From the human T2T-CHM13v2.0 reference genome, Homo sapiens, in NCBI RefSeq assembly GCF_009914755.1, contig NC_060937.1: a stretch of DNA of 64,000 nucleotides. The stretch is one strand, 5' to 3'. Shown piece after piece: positions 26,880 through 43,805 of the stretch. A program made the translations under genes and the position numbers. Each line of letters starts with the position of its first letter. The stretch's first letter is position 1. The notes beneath the pieces were generated by a model. The model made no database searches, was not told the DNA's origin, and worked only from the letters and a program-made list of their open reading frames with translations.

Positions 26880-27307
26880 GTCAGGGATTCTGGAAACAGT
26901 TACTGAGATAAACATTTGTGTGCAAAAGTTTAATGGAGAATGTTCTGATAAGCAATGCCTTGTGTGAGGAAATGGAAAAAGTAACATGGGACAGAGGGAG
27001 AAGTGAAGCTGCAAAGCTGTTTCAAACAGTTGTTCTCAGCAGCAGTTGATATCCCAGGGAGCTCTTCAGATACAATGAAGGCAAGAGGGACACCTGTTGT
27101 GCTTCTTTAGATAAACCAACCCTTGGTAGGAAGCTGCCCAACAAAGGGCCCATGACACTGAACACGGCAGCTTCTTGGACCAAGAACAATTCCTGTGAGG
27201 GATTCAATTGTGATCCAACAGCAAGTTATATTCCTGACAGCTGAGGAATTAGTGCTTTAGTTCTAAAATACGAAGATCTAGACGGTGCACCCAGAACATC
27301 CGCTACA
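26880..27307 (-). mobile_element. ERVL LTR (LTR16-like)
   Basis: ctgagataaacatttgtgtgcaaaagtttaatgg...gggacagagggagaagtgaagctgcaa...catccgctaca. Confidence 0.65.
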
Positions 27308-28200
27308 GTTCATCCCTTGCACCATTTGATTTTTAACATAATTTTATTTCATCAGAAAATAGCTTTAGGATTTTTGTTGTAACCTTTGTCTATGCAAACT
27401 TTTACGACAGAAAAGCTAATGGGAAAAACTCTAACTCCTGCTACTGCAGCAGCTGGTCTCAGTGCCATTGATCCTCATCATCTCAGTCCTTGGCCATCCA
27501 TGTTTTATTGCCCTTACCCTTACTTATCACCTTTGCTGGTTTACGTGGCTGATCTTGTAGGTGACAAAGATGTCCATCCCTGTGACACCTGAACCTCTGA
27601 TCATAATGGCCTGCTTTTATTGTGATTGCTGCATTTGTTTCCAAATTTGGGCAAGAAAGTGCTAAGACATGTCCCAGTGATTTCTTGAGTGCTGGATGCA
27701 TTTTTCCTTGCTGACATTACATAACAACAGCCCCATTTTGATTGCTCCTTCCAGATGGTGAATCATTTCTTGTCTGTTGGTCTCTTAATACAAAGAGCAC
27801 AAGGTAACTGCATGGCAGCTACAGCTTGCAGTTTAATGAGGGCAATTTGCTTCTGGGATCCATGAGATTAAAATCCACAAAGCCTAAAGTTGCAGTGACA
27901 GAAAGCCACTGAGTATTTTAGTTCAAAGGACGGATGTTCGAGACAGACTGGAACACTCACTATAAATAATCTGGCTAAGACTGGTCTTTCCAGAGGTGGG
28001 ACTACATCCCATGCTGGCCCTACCAGTTTCTTCTTCAGGAAGTTAGGATTTGCTTAGCTCCTTTTTGGGAGGAATTATGAAACTGAACACTATCAGAAGC
28101 TGTTTCCCACCATGTGGAACTGAGAGGAACAGACCAGTTTGCAAAAATAGAAAAACATAAATAAATAAACAGATGCACCAAGAAGCCCAGGAAAGTAAAA
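27308..28200 (-). mobile_element. ERVL internal remnant adjoining the LTR16-like LTR
   Basis: gttcatcccttgcacc (polypurine tract on minus strand) right after LTR; ctgctactgcagcagctggtctcag motif; no intact ORF. Confidence 0.5.
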
Positions 28201-28223
28201 AAAAAAAAAAAAAAATTGAATCC

Positions 28224-28630
<407 letters not shown>

Positions 28631-30058
28631 TCAAGTGGTGTTTTCTAACAAGCTTTAATGGCTTTTCCATAGCAACCTGCCCTTTCACCTTTAAGTAATT
28701 GTGAAATGAGACTTAACACCCGAGACACTTTGAAAAATTCAAACGAATATTGGAGTTGCATTTGGTATAACTGGTGAGCTATATTTAAAGTTCACATTAA
28801 TAGTAACTCACCTGTTACTAATGTGATGGCCTAGTGGGGAAAAAAAACAAAACAAAACAAAACAGCACTTGACCCCCCCCCAAAAAAAGAAAGAAAGAAC
28901 AATAAGAAAAGATAATGAAAAAAAAAGAAAATTTTCACTTAGATATTTACTACAAATATAAATATTAATCCAGGAAAAAGAAGCATACTTTTGTTCATTT
29001 AATTTTAATTTTACTTCTGATTCTACTTGGCTATTTAAAAAAAGTAGAAAAATGATGCAGTAAAACTGTAGTCTTAGGCTCTAATAAGATAATTTCTTGA
29101 AGATTTTAAAAATCTCTTTGCTTAAAGAACAAGAGTGCTGGGAAAAACAGTCCATTTCACATTCTGCATTTTTGTTTTGAAAATTATTACTTTAAAAACC
29201 TATAATTGGTATAAAACCTTATCATTACCTACTATTTTGCCAGGAGTTTGGCTATATTTACAACAACTTGATGCCCTCAGAATACCAGGTTCTGGTGTAG
29301 GTGGCAAGATTGCTGTAAAACATGAAACTATTATTACACTTTTAGTTTTGTTCTTCTCTTTAAATATATGATTTCATTACTATATAATTTCTTTGAATAA
29401 TGTTTTAAGTAGAAAAGACTCAGTAATAACGTTGTAGTTTTACCCGGGAGCCTGCCCTGAAACAAAGTGGCACATATTTGTTCCTACATTCCTCGGCAGT
29501 GTGATGGATGATGGCAATTACTGGAAAGAACAATATTAGTTTTACAGTTATTGTTATTAACTTAAAGTGCTAAGAATAAAATCCCATATTTCACTAGATA
29601 CTCCAATCACCACCAAAATACGTGACAGAGGAACATTTTATAATCTTTGTATTTTACACTGGCTGCACAACTAGAAATTGGCAGAGTCAAATCATTTATA
29701 TCTGCTTATTACCAGCTTGCAGAAGCCATTGAGAATATGGAATTAGTGATGGGTATTTTTGTGGCAGATGTTTTATTCTCTTCCATTGTATTAAATTTAA
29801 CATACATTGGTCCCACTGCAGTTTATTAAAGTTTCACAAAGAGATTAGCAGAATAACAAGTTATATACAACTTGCTTACTCTTGTTCCCCATTGACAAAA
29901 AACACATTTATTTATTCATAAATTATGAATATCATAAATATGGGATATATATAGCCAGTAAATATTTAAGGAGACAATAGGAGTAAAACGTTTTCCTAAA
30001 TTTCAGACATTTAGATGAACTGTTGCAAAATCTTTCTTCTATAAATACGATATGCATC

Positions 30059-30717
<659 letters not shown>

Positions 30718-30849
30718 ATATCTAAATAAAACTGTTATTCATACCTCTCAGATAAAAGCAATTAATGAGTCATTAACAATAATATTTTGTTTTATAAAAA
30801 ATATTGGATTTAATGTTACTAATAGGCAGACATGTAGAGTGTCTAACAG

Positions 30850-31075
30850 CATTAATTCTGGGGGCATACTTCTTCAGTTTAAGTCAGTCTACCAATTACT
30901 ATATGGTTTTAGGAAATTTACTTAAACTTCCTTGTACTTTATTTTCCTTACCTACAAAATGGAAAAAATAAAGGTTACTCCTTCAGAGACTTGTTATAAG
31001 GATTAAGTGAGTGTATATCAGTAAAGCATATAACACAATGTCTGCCATAAAATTTGTACAAGTTAAATGTTATCT
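30850..31075 (+). mobile_element. MIR
   Basis: ttacttaaacttccttgtactttattttccttacctacaaaatgg...gttataaggattaagtgag core. Confidence 0.7.
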
Positions 31076-31511
31076 GTAATTTGGATTTGTTTCTGTAGTC
31101 CTCTCCATATTACAACGATTTTACTCATCCATTTTCAGTAAATACCACATACAAGCATCAAAGCATTATAAATAAAAATTGTAACCAAAAAAACTCAAAT
31201 GATTTTAAAGCTATTATGACTTGTGTTGAGATTTCCATCTGAAAATGAGCATGAAAAAGCAATCAGACAATAAATACAAAGTAATGATGATTAGGAAATA
31301 AACATGTGAGAAGAAGTTACATATGCTAGCACAAATACCTTTTTAACATGGTAGCTTTTTACATGATATATTGAAAAGCTTTATAAATGTTTTGAAAAAA
31401 ATAAAAGCCATATTGTTCTTCAATTCACTTTGAGCATATTCATTGTGAAATACACTCTAATTTGGCTCATTTGTCACTCAACTGAGTGACTTCTACCTTC
31501 TTTTCTTCTAC

Positions 31512-31765
31512 TGTGGAGTGTGAAAAGTTAAATACCTTTCTCCTGTCCATTTTCCATCTAGATGTAACTTGCAAAAATAGTTCTGGCCATTGAATTGTAA
31601 GCACACATTTATGCTTTTAAATAAAAAGTCAAAGGCTTGCAATAAAAAGGCTTGTAGCCCTTCCTTTCTTCTTGCAGTCTGGAATGGAGACATGAGGCAG
31701 GAGGTGAGATGGCCATCCTGCAGCCATGAGTGTATAAGCGTTAGGATGAAAGCTGGGAAAATAGA
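31512..31765 (+). mobile_element. Old LTR fragment (LTR33/MLT1-like)
   Basis: cttcctttcttcttgcagtctggaatggagacatgaggcaggagg...ggccatcctgcagccatgag. Confidence 0.5.
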
Positions 31766-31779
31766 AGTTTGTTCCATTA

Positions 31780-32515
<736 letters not shown>

Positions 32516-33300
32516 GCTACTGTTTGTTAGTGTCTGCATTGTATCTTTGGCTTTCAGAACTAGTTATAAGTACTTTCCTATATCTTATCTATATATTCAT
32601 ATTTACTAAAACACTAGATAAAGGGAAATAATCATTCCAGTCAAAGCCCTCAGTTCTACTGAAAAACAAAATTAAAATAGAATAATAAGGCATCTGGCTG
32701 TTTTTAATTTTCATCAGCTTTAAATATTTATTGCATATTCTAAGAGTTGAAAAAAGATCATTAGAATAAAGTTTGAGGTTTTAATGCTTTTTGAACATGT
32801 AGCACACAGCTTTTCATCATGGATGTTCTATTTCTGCTTCTTCTTGAGAATATAGAAAATGATTATGTTTCATTGTAGAATCACTCATGCTTTACCTCTG
32901 CAACTAAATTGTGGCCTACTTAAAAGCTGATAATTTTTCCCTCATTTTCTGGTATGGAATTGCAAACAAAGTACACATTCAATAAATTATTAATGAATGA
33001 ATACATTAAGTGAATATGCTTAGTTGATCAATATATTAACTATATAAAAACAAATAATAAAATGCTCACAATGCAGACTTGTAATAAATATATTTTGAGC
33101 CACAAATTTCTGTACTGCACTCTCATGGCATATGTTATAATTATAATGCTACCACATAAAACCAATGGTATTCTTTACCATTTGCTTATAAGCATTCAAC
33201 TGCAATATGTCAAATTAGGTTATTAAAATGGCAGAAAGAAGTGGGATGATATTTTCATAGAAGTATATATTATTCAATAATCAACGGTGGCAGATCATCA

Positions 33301-33691
<391 letters not shown>

Positions 33692-34116
33692 TTATGAGCA
33701 GTGCAACTATACTCTTTAAGATATTTTAAGAGATTTAGTCATATAATTTACATACATGTTTCTTTAAACCTATTTGAAATCCAGGAATCTATGATTTTAT
33801 CTGAAAAGAAAAAATATTAGTGGTTCAACAAGATTTTTTGTCTACATTTTACCCAGAAGTAGATTTTGGTTTGTGAGTCTTGAAGCTTATATAATTTTGA
33901 GAGTGGAGACAATTTAAGCAAAATAATACAAAAGTTATATTTATGTGTACATTTTACAAAATCATATGACTCCTGTGAATGTATTATCAAATTTCCATCC
34001 AGTAATCTGTCCTGCAGTTAAAAATTTATTAGCTTCACCTTAAATCTATAACACTACTACTAATGGTGTTTTTCATATTAGCCACTTTTCTCTGAGATAC
34101 CAAAGTTGCTGCGTAC

Positions 34117-34652
<536 letters not shown>

Positions 34653-37600
34653 TGCATACTTTTATATTGGATTAAAAAAAGGTAATTGACTCCTAGAATT
34701 ACAACCCTTGAAGCTTAAGGAAAAGCTGTTAATATTATTGAGTGGGAATACATTTATTGAGCACCATGCTAAGGGCATTATATACATTACCTGCATAATC
34801 ATCATTAGAGTAATATCATTATCACCAAATAAAGTGTAAGTTTAAGGAATGTACACCACAGTCAATTCTGACTTCTGTTGTAATTGACACCAAATTTGCA
34901 CAAAATTCATTCTTGCATGTGCTAAACATGTGTATTTAAAATATCCATGAAAGTTTTCTTGTCCATGAAGTTATCAATTTTCTATTCTCCAAAGTAGCTT
35001 TGAAAATGTGATTATTTTCCCTTATGTTTGTTCAGTACCTCTGACTTTTAAAAAGCATTGCCTTTTTAGACTAGCAGGAAAAATAGGCTGTGGAAATAGA
35101 GTACTTCTCACTCCTGATTTGAATTTACTTGGTAGAAAGCTAGGACTCATTTAGTTGCTATGGAATTGACATTTGACTAGTATTATTTGTTATTGTAACT
35201 CGATTTAAAATAAAACTATAGCTCTTCAGTCCAGCATGTTTCAGCAACAAACATATTCTTTGTCTTTTCAGTTGGTATAATCAGTTAAACTTGTCAGTTC
35301 ACCCATTTCTGTTTCTGATCTGTATCTTATGGCATATTATATACTACATATCTCTATCACAGGGCATTTGGTGAACTTAGAGAACATTAGGTCCTATTTT
35401 GTCTTAGGTGTTTTCCTAAATGTATTATCATTAAGAGTTTCCAACTCTTAAGCTGAAAAGCAATCAAGTTATCTGTTTGCAGTGGAATCTTTTAACTTAT
35501 ATTTCATATTTAGTCCCTAAAGAATACTCTTAAGAATCATAATAGCAAGTATCCATTTATCGCTACTCTAAATCAATTGCTAATTAACTCCACAAGGTAT
35601 AGACAGATTTATCTTTAGCCTTATGTTTATTATGAAAGTTTTACAACTTACAAACTGCCATGGTATTTACAGCAATCTTTTTCTCTTATTAGTCTATTTC
35701 CTTTTTGTTCTCCTAGTAATGCATTCTATGTAAGGTAACTGAGTCATAGGAGCTTTGAAAATAAGAAATTAACAATATTGTTAAGGATAAAAAAAAGTTT
35801 CTGATTTTTCCTGTTTCAAATATTGGTAATCTATTTTTTGTTATATTGGGTGAATATCATGAAATATTTATATGTATTGACATTACTCATTTGCAATGCT
35901 AATTAAAAATATGTTATTATATGAAACTATGAACACACAAAATGATCATATGTAGACTAAAAAATGACTTTTTTTATTATACATAAAGACTGCATTTATA
36001 CTTCTTATATAATTAGGGTCCTGAGAGCTAGTTAATAAATGCTGCAAATCTTTTAATTTTCTATTTTAAATAATGGCCCAATTCCCACTCATTTATTATC
36101 AACATGAAAAGATGATTAAAAATTAAAACTCTTGACATTCTCCAATTTTTATCACCTAGGACTGTCTTGAAGTATTTAAACAACAGAGAATGACCAAGAT
36201 ATTATTAGAGGTTGACATTTTGTAGATTTTGTATTTTGGGCTTGTTTGATCAATTTAGAATTTATCTTAAATTTTTAATGAAATTTTTTTTCTGTACCAC
36301 TTGCTGTTTGCATTCATATGTACTTCTAAAGATATATTATCAATTTAGATTGTCATTTAAAAAACAAAACTAAAACTAAAACCCTCAAAGTCATGTGCCT
36401 ATAACTGTTTATCATAATTCCATTTCAAATAAAAATGCTTGATGATAAAAATGAAAATTTAAATATCGAATAAAATATAACTATGTACTGAATTTGATGA
36501 CACAAGGGGAAGTAAAGTAGAACATGGTTGACCATATGACTTTTATTTTATTTTAAAATATTTTTATTCCTAAACAAGGCCTTAATATAAGAATGTCCCC
36601 ATCCTTCTTCTATCCTAATGATAGCCACCAATTTTTTATCTATCAGAATATTATTTTCTGTGCATGTTTAAATATACAGAAATGAATATTGACTTAGACA
36701 TAAATGGTACATCTTTTCTAATTTTTAAAGTGATATCAAAAATATTTTATACAGCCTCATAACATGCACATGTCTTGTGATTTTTCAATAAATTTTACCT
36801 TCATTCTTTGTAAAAGGAAAGCTTTATTATTGTAAATGCTAGTAATTACATATGTTTTGTCCAGTGTGCAACATTTTCTTATCTAGTTTTTCATCACTGA
36901 GTAAGCATTGGATTTATACAAACTTAAAATTTTATAATCTCTATTACTACTTTTTAACATGGCAGGTTATGATATAGTTAAGAAACTTCAAATTATTTAT
37001 TTTCATTAGAGGTCATCTTTTCTCAAGAATGATTCAATGCAGTGCTAATGATTAGAAAAATTGATTATATTAGTATCTGAATGTGTTATATTGTCTTTAA
37101 ATAATTATTTACTAGGATACTAATCTACTTCTGAGACTTGTGCTAAGGTGTTTTTATCATTATGAACTGAAAACTGGTCAAATATAGAATATTACTTTAT
37201 CCTACTTTAAATTTAAATATTAATTGTGAAGTGTTTCATCCATTTCTTGTGACTAAGTAGGTTTCTATTTCCTGTGTAGTCAGTAGATGGCAGGCTTGTA
37301 TCACATACAGTCTGAATTTAGTGTGGCATACTTATTTGTTATGGTAACATGAATACTCACTGATAAGTGTTTTCGTTGTCTTTGTGATAATGAAATACAA
37401 GAAAATAGCTCATATTTTATTTCTAAAACCAAATAAAATTATTTGTTGAATGAGCTTAAGAGCTATATAACTTGAAATCATACCTGTTATTGTCCTAATG
37501 ATTTTTTGGTTTACATTTTTTAAAAATCACAGTCAGACAAACACTAACATTGGCAATTACAATAGGATTTTACTGCAATTCTAAAACTTGAAACATAAAT

Positions 37601-38957
37601 ATTAAACAATTTTAGAAAAAAGTACATCATAAAAATGAATCCACACAGAGTATATATATTTTTCAAATTTAACATAAAATACATAAGAAACAGCTTCCTT
37701 GTGAAAAATACATAATATGAATGCTCAAAATTTTTGAAAGGTCTGTGTGAAACCTGTATGTTGCTATTGTTAATTCATTCAACCTGACAGTGCATACACA
37801 AAGGGTTGGTTTGAGGGAAGGTGTTATTTGATGTCTATGTCATTCAATAACATCACTTGATATGATATAGTACATCACATGGCATGTTTCTTATCAGCAT
37901 GACAAAAGTAATCTCTTCCGCCAACTGTAGCATGTCTGAAAGACAGCAAATTATATCTGCCAAGATTAAATGCCTCTATACTAACGCTTATTTAAAATAA
38001 AATTACTTCTCAAAAAATCTCATTGCATAGGTTATGTTACTGTGAAAGACGGTAGATTTAGTAACAACATCATGCCCTAAATGTAACTCAGGAAGTGGCA
38101 ATATTCTGTATTTATTTTTTCTTTTCCAAACGAAATGAGCTACAAAGCTAGGTGGATGCCAGAGGACATGAGCACAGATAGACAGATTTTCTGTGGACAA
38201 TATTACTGTGCTCTAATACATTCTTTTTGTAATTATTCCAGGTCAAGATAGTGGCCAAAGAGGAAGTTATAAAGCAGACTAGGAAATTCTCCTAAATATA
38301 TCTCCAACAGAGTAAACAAGAGATTAGGAAACTTGTCCTTCATTCAATTACACCTGGTAAACTTTTTACATTTCCCATTCTATTTTTTGCCTGTGATGTC
38401 TAAGTTGAATTACCTTTGCACAGACTTTGAGGAAAAATTTCCCTGTGTATTGCAAACTGACCTAACAATTATTAGTACAGAGAAAAGCTGAAATGATTTC
38501 CACAAGGCTGTTGGATCTTTTTATTACCTCTTTTGCTTGTTTGTTTGCTTATTTTGTGTGCTCTCCTGAAATTCAAAGTACTTGCTGGAAAAGACTACAT
38601 ATATCCACTCTCAGCAGACAGGGACTCAGAATTCAGCAATCCTGGTGTAGTAATCATCTTTGCCCTCTATTCACACAATACACATGTATTATTACTATTG
38701 CTGTTACTGTTTTTTATGATGTTTGGCTCAAAATTCATTTTATGTTCACTTTTCTGAAAGCTAGAAAAGTTAATATTCTTCTTTTCCAGTGAAAATCTTT
38801 AGTGGCTTTTTCCTGCCTAGAATCTAAAATAACTACAAATTTTGCCAAGCTGGTTTACTCTTTCAATAACTAACGCTATTTTTCTGTGTCCCCAGGCAGG
38901 TGAATGGGAGTGGAGCAGTAAGAGATGCTGCTTCCAGTAGTTTTCTACCTCTCAATC

Positions 38958-39128
38958 CTTGCTATTCAAAGTATGGTCCACAGTCCAGCAGCTTTGGCAT
39001 CACCTGGGAACTTGATGGAAATGCAGATAAGTTCAAATTCCCACTACTGATATACTGAATTAGAAACATCTGCCCTTCAAGAAGATCCACTGGTGATAAT
39101 ATGCATATTAAAGTTTGAGTAGCACCGC
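38958..39128. mobile_element. MER5A-like hAT DNA transposon
   Basis: gctattcaaagtatggtccacagtccagcagctttggcatcacctgggaacttgatggaaatgcaga...gcatattaaagtttgagtagcaccg. Confidence 0.85.
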
Positions 39129-41347
39129 CATTCTATATCAGCTTGCAAAATGAAAGCAAGAAGAAACAAAACAAAGCATTAGCCAGTTTGGATTTTCTGA
39201 AGTGCACTAAATGTCAAACTCAAGAAAAGGTAGTAGAAAATAAATTTCTCTTCAACCAAGTCATTAGTATGGAATCATCTACTCTGTTTTGAGGCGACAC
39301 CAGCCAATACCAGCCACATTTTCGGAATCATCATTTTCTGGTGAAATAAACTGACTTGCATAATTTAATAAATTTTGGTGAATAACAAGACTTACTCTCA
39401 GATACCAACATTTCCTAGCTTGCAAGACAGTAGTTATAGAAGGAAACTAATAGACATGGTTTAAAACACCTTCTAATGCAAAGTAGAAGATTTACAATGC
39501 TGCTTCATTGTCAGGTTCCAGTGTCCTCCTTTTATCCAACAAAATCTAAAGAGTTATCTCATTGGAATTTTCAGCTTCAGTGAAAATTCTGTGATGATCT
39601 CAAATGTTGCTGCATAAAATGTATAATTAATGGAGTGAAGTGGTTTGTAAAGAAACATTTTATTAGAACAAGTGAGGGTAAATGAACTAATAGAGTTCAA
39701 TTCTATGCTTCAATTTCCAATATAATATGCAAATATCTACTCTGCAAAACCGTATAAAACGACTTTCTGAACTATTATTCTAGGTTTAATACAGTGATTA
39801 GACTGGGTCATCATTTCTGCATTGTCAGAAACTGTGCTATTTTGCAGTATCTAATTGTTGTTTTATTTCCTTTTTAATTATTTTATTCACTGTGTTATTA
39901 TTTTGGCTTTAACATCAGACACATTCTTTGATATTAAAATTGCATTTGATTAGCTTTTAACTTTCTCAGACATATTAATACATGATGATGGGTTTTAAGT
40001 CAATGAATGTATTCTTCTATGTTATGGCCTATTTCATTGTTCTAATTCGAGTGTCAAAATTGCTATTTATTTGAGGACTGTCATTATCAAATATTTCAGA
40101 ATGTGAGTTGCCATTATTCAAAGGAATAAGTCAACAGACATTTACATAACATGTAATAGTAAAACGAAATTATTCATATTATAACGTTTTATAATGTTTG
40201 GCTTAGAAGACTTGCTACAGATGTTATAGACAAACAAAAATTGTATGGTTAATGCAACAGGAACCTGGTTTCAGATAGGTGACATGACATTTTCAAAGTC
40301 TCACAGCAATTTTGATTGAGCTAAGCCTCAACCATTGGTCAATTTCTTTAGTCTTTTTTTTTTAACACTGAAATCAACCATGCTATTTCTAGCCCCCATT
40401 TTTTAAACTTGGATAATCAAAATGAGTTTAATAAAACATCGTCAACCAAATATCACATTATGCATAATAACACGTATCTTGAAGGTTATAGTAAATGGAA
40501 AGATGAATCTGGAAAGCTAAGAGAATTAGAGGTCATGGCTGGATGTAAAATCACCATGGAAACAGCTTTCATGGCCAATTTGTGGGGATATGTCAAAAGG
40601 CAGTAACCTGTGACTTATTTTTTTCCAAAGCCCTTTCTATGAAGGTTACAGGCTCTATATCTGCTTTCATGATGACATTTGTCTATGTTTTTGTAGGATT
40701 CTATTCTGACAAGCACAAAACCCTGCACCAAGTTGAACCTGTCCTTTGTGATGAGGCTGTTGAACAGAAGAGCAGCGTAGCAGTCTGTCTATTCTTGCTC
40801 CACATTCAGCTAAATGCCAACTCCGATCCCTTTGAGATGGTGAACAGGCTGAACCCAGGGATCGTGTCATCCCTCAGTATCCAGACTTCTTCAGAGAACC
40901 ATGTGGTGAAACTTCTTGATTAAGGTCATGTTCTTAGTCTATAGTATCATTTTTTTTTGTAAGCTAAAAGATATCTATGTGTTTCAGTATCTAAAAATCT
41001 ATTTAAAAATAAATATGTAGATTTGAATAATCATTCCAGCTTATGTTTCCAAATTACAAAAATAAAAGAAATTATACAATTCAGATGTTTGTTTTGTATC
41101 ATTATCTTATAGAGAGTAATTTTACATTGCAGACTTTGTGACAAACTTGGATCCTTTTTTGGCTTTATACAAATAAATATATCAAAGAAATTCTTATTTT
41201 TATTAGTGTAACATTACATTTTACTATAAAATAACTATTTTTATCCATATTTCATTTACTGAATAGAATAGTGAATTATGTTTAAAAACTTTAATCATTG
41301 CAAGCCATCATCTTTGGATGTTTTATGATCTTATAAGGAAACAAGCA

Positions 41348-41707
41348 TGTATTAGTTCGTTCTCATCTGGCTATGAAGAAATACCCAAGACTGGGTAGTT
41401 TATAAAGGAAAGATGTTGAACTGACTCACAATTCCACATGGCTGGGGAGACCTCAGGAAACTTACAATCATGGCAGAAGGGGATGTAAGCACGTCCTTCT
41501 TCACAAGGCGGCAGAAGAGAAAAGTGCCAAGCCAAGGGGGAAAAGCCCATTATAAAACCATCGGATCTCATAAAACTCACTATCATGAGAACAGCATGGG
41601 GGGACTGCTCCCATGATCTAATCACCTCCCATGAGGTCCCTCCCCCAACACATTGGGATTACAATTCAAGATGAGATTTGAGTGAGGACAAAATCCAGGC
41701 CATATCA
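41348..41707 (-). mobile_element. MSTA/THE1D-like MaLR solo LTR
   Basis: tgtattagttcgttctca...ggaaacttacaatcatggcagaagg...ccatatca; perfect 5-bp TSD aagca at 41343-41347 and 41708-41712. Confidence 0.93.
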
Positions 41708-41954
41708 AAGCAAAAGTTTTATTTCTATATATTATTTATACATATAATATTTATTTATTTGGAAAATAATTCATATTATGTGAATTTTTCCTAAAGACTC
41801 TGGCATTCAGCTTTATAGATTTGGATAGAAAAACGTGTGTCCTTGGATGAGGACTCACATACCAAGACTTGATAGAATTTGCTTTTATGCAAACATACTG
41901 ATAATGAATGATACACAATAAAGTAATATTGTGATGTGTTCCATGGGGTTGTTT

Positions 41955-42065
41955 CTTATTATTTAATAATAAGATTTAATTTAATAATTTAATAATAATA
42001 AATAATAAATAATTTAATAATAAATACTTAATAATTGATTTAATTAATAATTTAACAATATTATT
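41955..42065. repeat. AT-rich low-complexity (TAA/TTTAA) tract
   Basis: Direct reading. Confidence 0.85.
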
Positions 42066-42749
42066 ACAAGTACTACTATCTAACTTTTTGGTTCTTAATT
42101 TAAGTCTTCATCTCCAGTTTGCCAATAGATTGACTTAGTCTAGAAGAAAATTTTAAATCATGTTGACTAGACAATCCAGAGATTTTCTAGATTTTTGGAA
42201 ATTCTGGACTTTCTGTCCCACCATGACAGTTATTTTTCTATTAAATCTAACAAGTAATTGTCTAGTGAGATGTTAAATTATTTCTATTCTTGATTTCAAT
42301 CTATCTTTGCCTAAATGTGGAAGGTGGTACAAAATACTCAATACTTTTCACCCACAATTTATAGTTTAAAATATTTTCAGTCTTTAGTGCTGCTTATATT
42401 TCAATTAACATTATGGCTAAGTATTACAGTGTAGTACAAGGATGAAAATTGGGAAACTCTGGAGAAAGGGAAGCTCTGTCCCAGTACTGCACATGCATTT
42501 TTTAATATTCCCCCCAAACACTAGCTTCAACTTTAACAGTTTCCAATTTCAAAAAAAATTGAAACCACTTAGAATTTGAAAACATTGATCTTTTTTTAAA
42601 AAAAAATTAAATGATAATCCAGTTCATAAGTTAAGTCTAATCTACTTTTCAGACTGAAAATTATTTTATAGATATCAAGATAAATTAGTATTATTTTTCC
42701 AGGATGCATATCCCCAAGAAATCCAAAGCAAATATTCTTTTTAAAAAAG

Positions 42750-42950
42750 GACAACTTTTAAAAACTTTAGGTTCAAGGCTGCATGTGCAGGTTTGTTATA
42801 CAGGTAAATGGGGGTTTGGCGTAGAGATTATTATGCCACCCAGGTATGCCACCCATCGCATAGTAGATTTTCCATCCTTCTCCTCCTTCCCTCCACCATC
42901 ATATAGGCCTCAGTGTCTGTTGTTCCCTTCTTTGTGTCCATATATACTCA
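42750..42950 (-). mobile_element. Older L1PA 3' end fragment
   Basis: taggttcaaggctgcatgtgcaggtttgttatacaggtaaa...cagtgtctgttgttcccttctttgtgtccat. Confidence 0.8.
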
Positions 42951-43491
42951 AGAGAACATTCTATTTTTTACTGGAAAAAAGAATTATACTTTGGCTTAAA
43001 ATAGTCTAGTATTCATAAGGGAGAAGTAGCAAACACAAAGTTCTAATATATCAATGGAAAATTCTGTTGCATTTGAAATAGATATTTAAACCTTGATATA
43101 ATCAAATAAAGAGGAGATATTAGCCAGCAGCTAATAATGAAATTGCCTGGTAAAGCATAAAGTTGCCTCACTGAATTATTGTGGGTTTGAAAGGTTTGTG
43201 ACAATAACTGCTTCACACATTTAATAAGACCCATTAAAGAACATTATATGTTTTTTAAAAGGGTCATCAATGAGGTCATAGTAGTTTATTGTTGCAGTTT
43301 ATTTAATATTTATTAACTACACAGCCATCTGAATATTCATTTTGAAAATGTTAATGTGCATATACAAAGTCTTTACCATAATTTAAAGTTTTTGAATGTG
43401 CTATATTTTATAAATTTGTCTTTAAAACCATACACTATTTTTCCAAAGATTTTCTTTTAATTAAATTTTATAAAAGTAACTAAGTAGCTGC

Positions 43492-43805
43492 TTTTTTTTT
43501 TTCTTTTCTTTTCTTTTCTTTTTTGAGATGGAGTCTCACTCTGTCACCCAGGCTGGAGTGCAGTGGTGAAGTCTTGGCTCATTGCAACCTCTGCCTCCTG
43601 GGTCCAAGCAGTTCTCGAGCCCAGCCTCTGAGTAGCTGGGATTACAGGTGCGTGCCCCCATGTCCAGCTAATTTTTGTATTTTTAGTAGAGATGGGGTTT
43701 TGCTATGTTGACCAGTCTGGTCTTGAACACCTGACATAAAGTGATCCACCTGCCTGAGCTTCCCAAAGTGCTGGGATGACAGGTGTGAGCCACTGTGCCC
43801 AGCCC
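43492..43805 (-). mobile_element. AluS/J, full length, diverged
   Basis: T/(CTTTT) tail and both arms. Confidence 0.93.
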
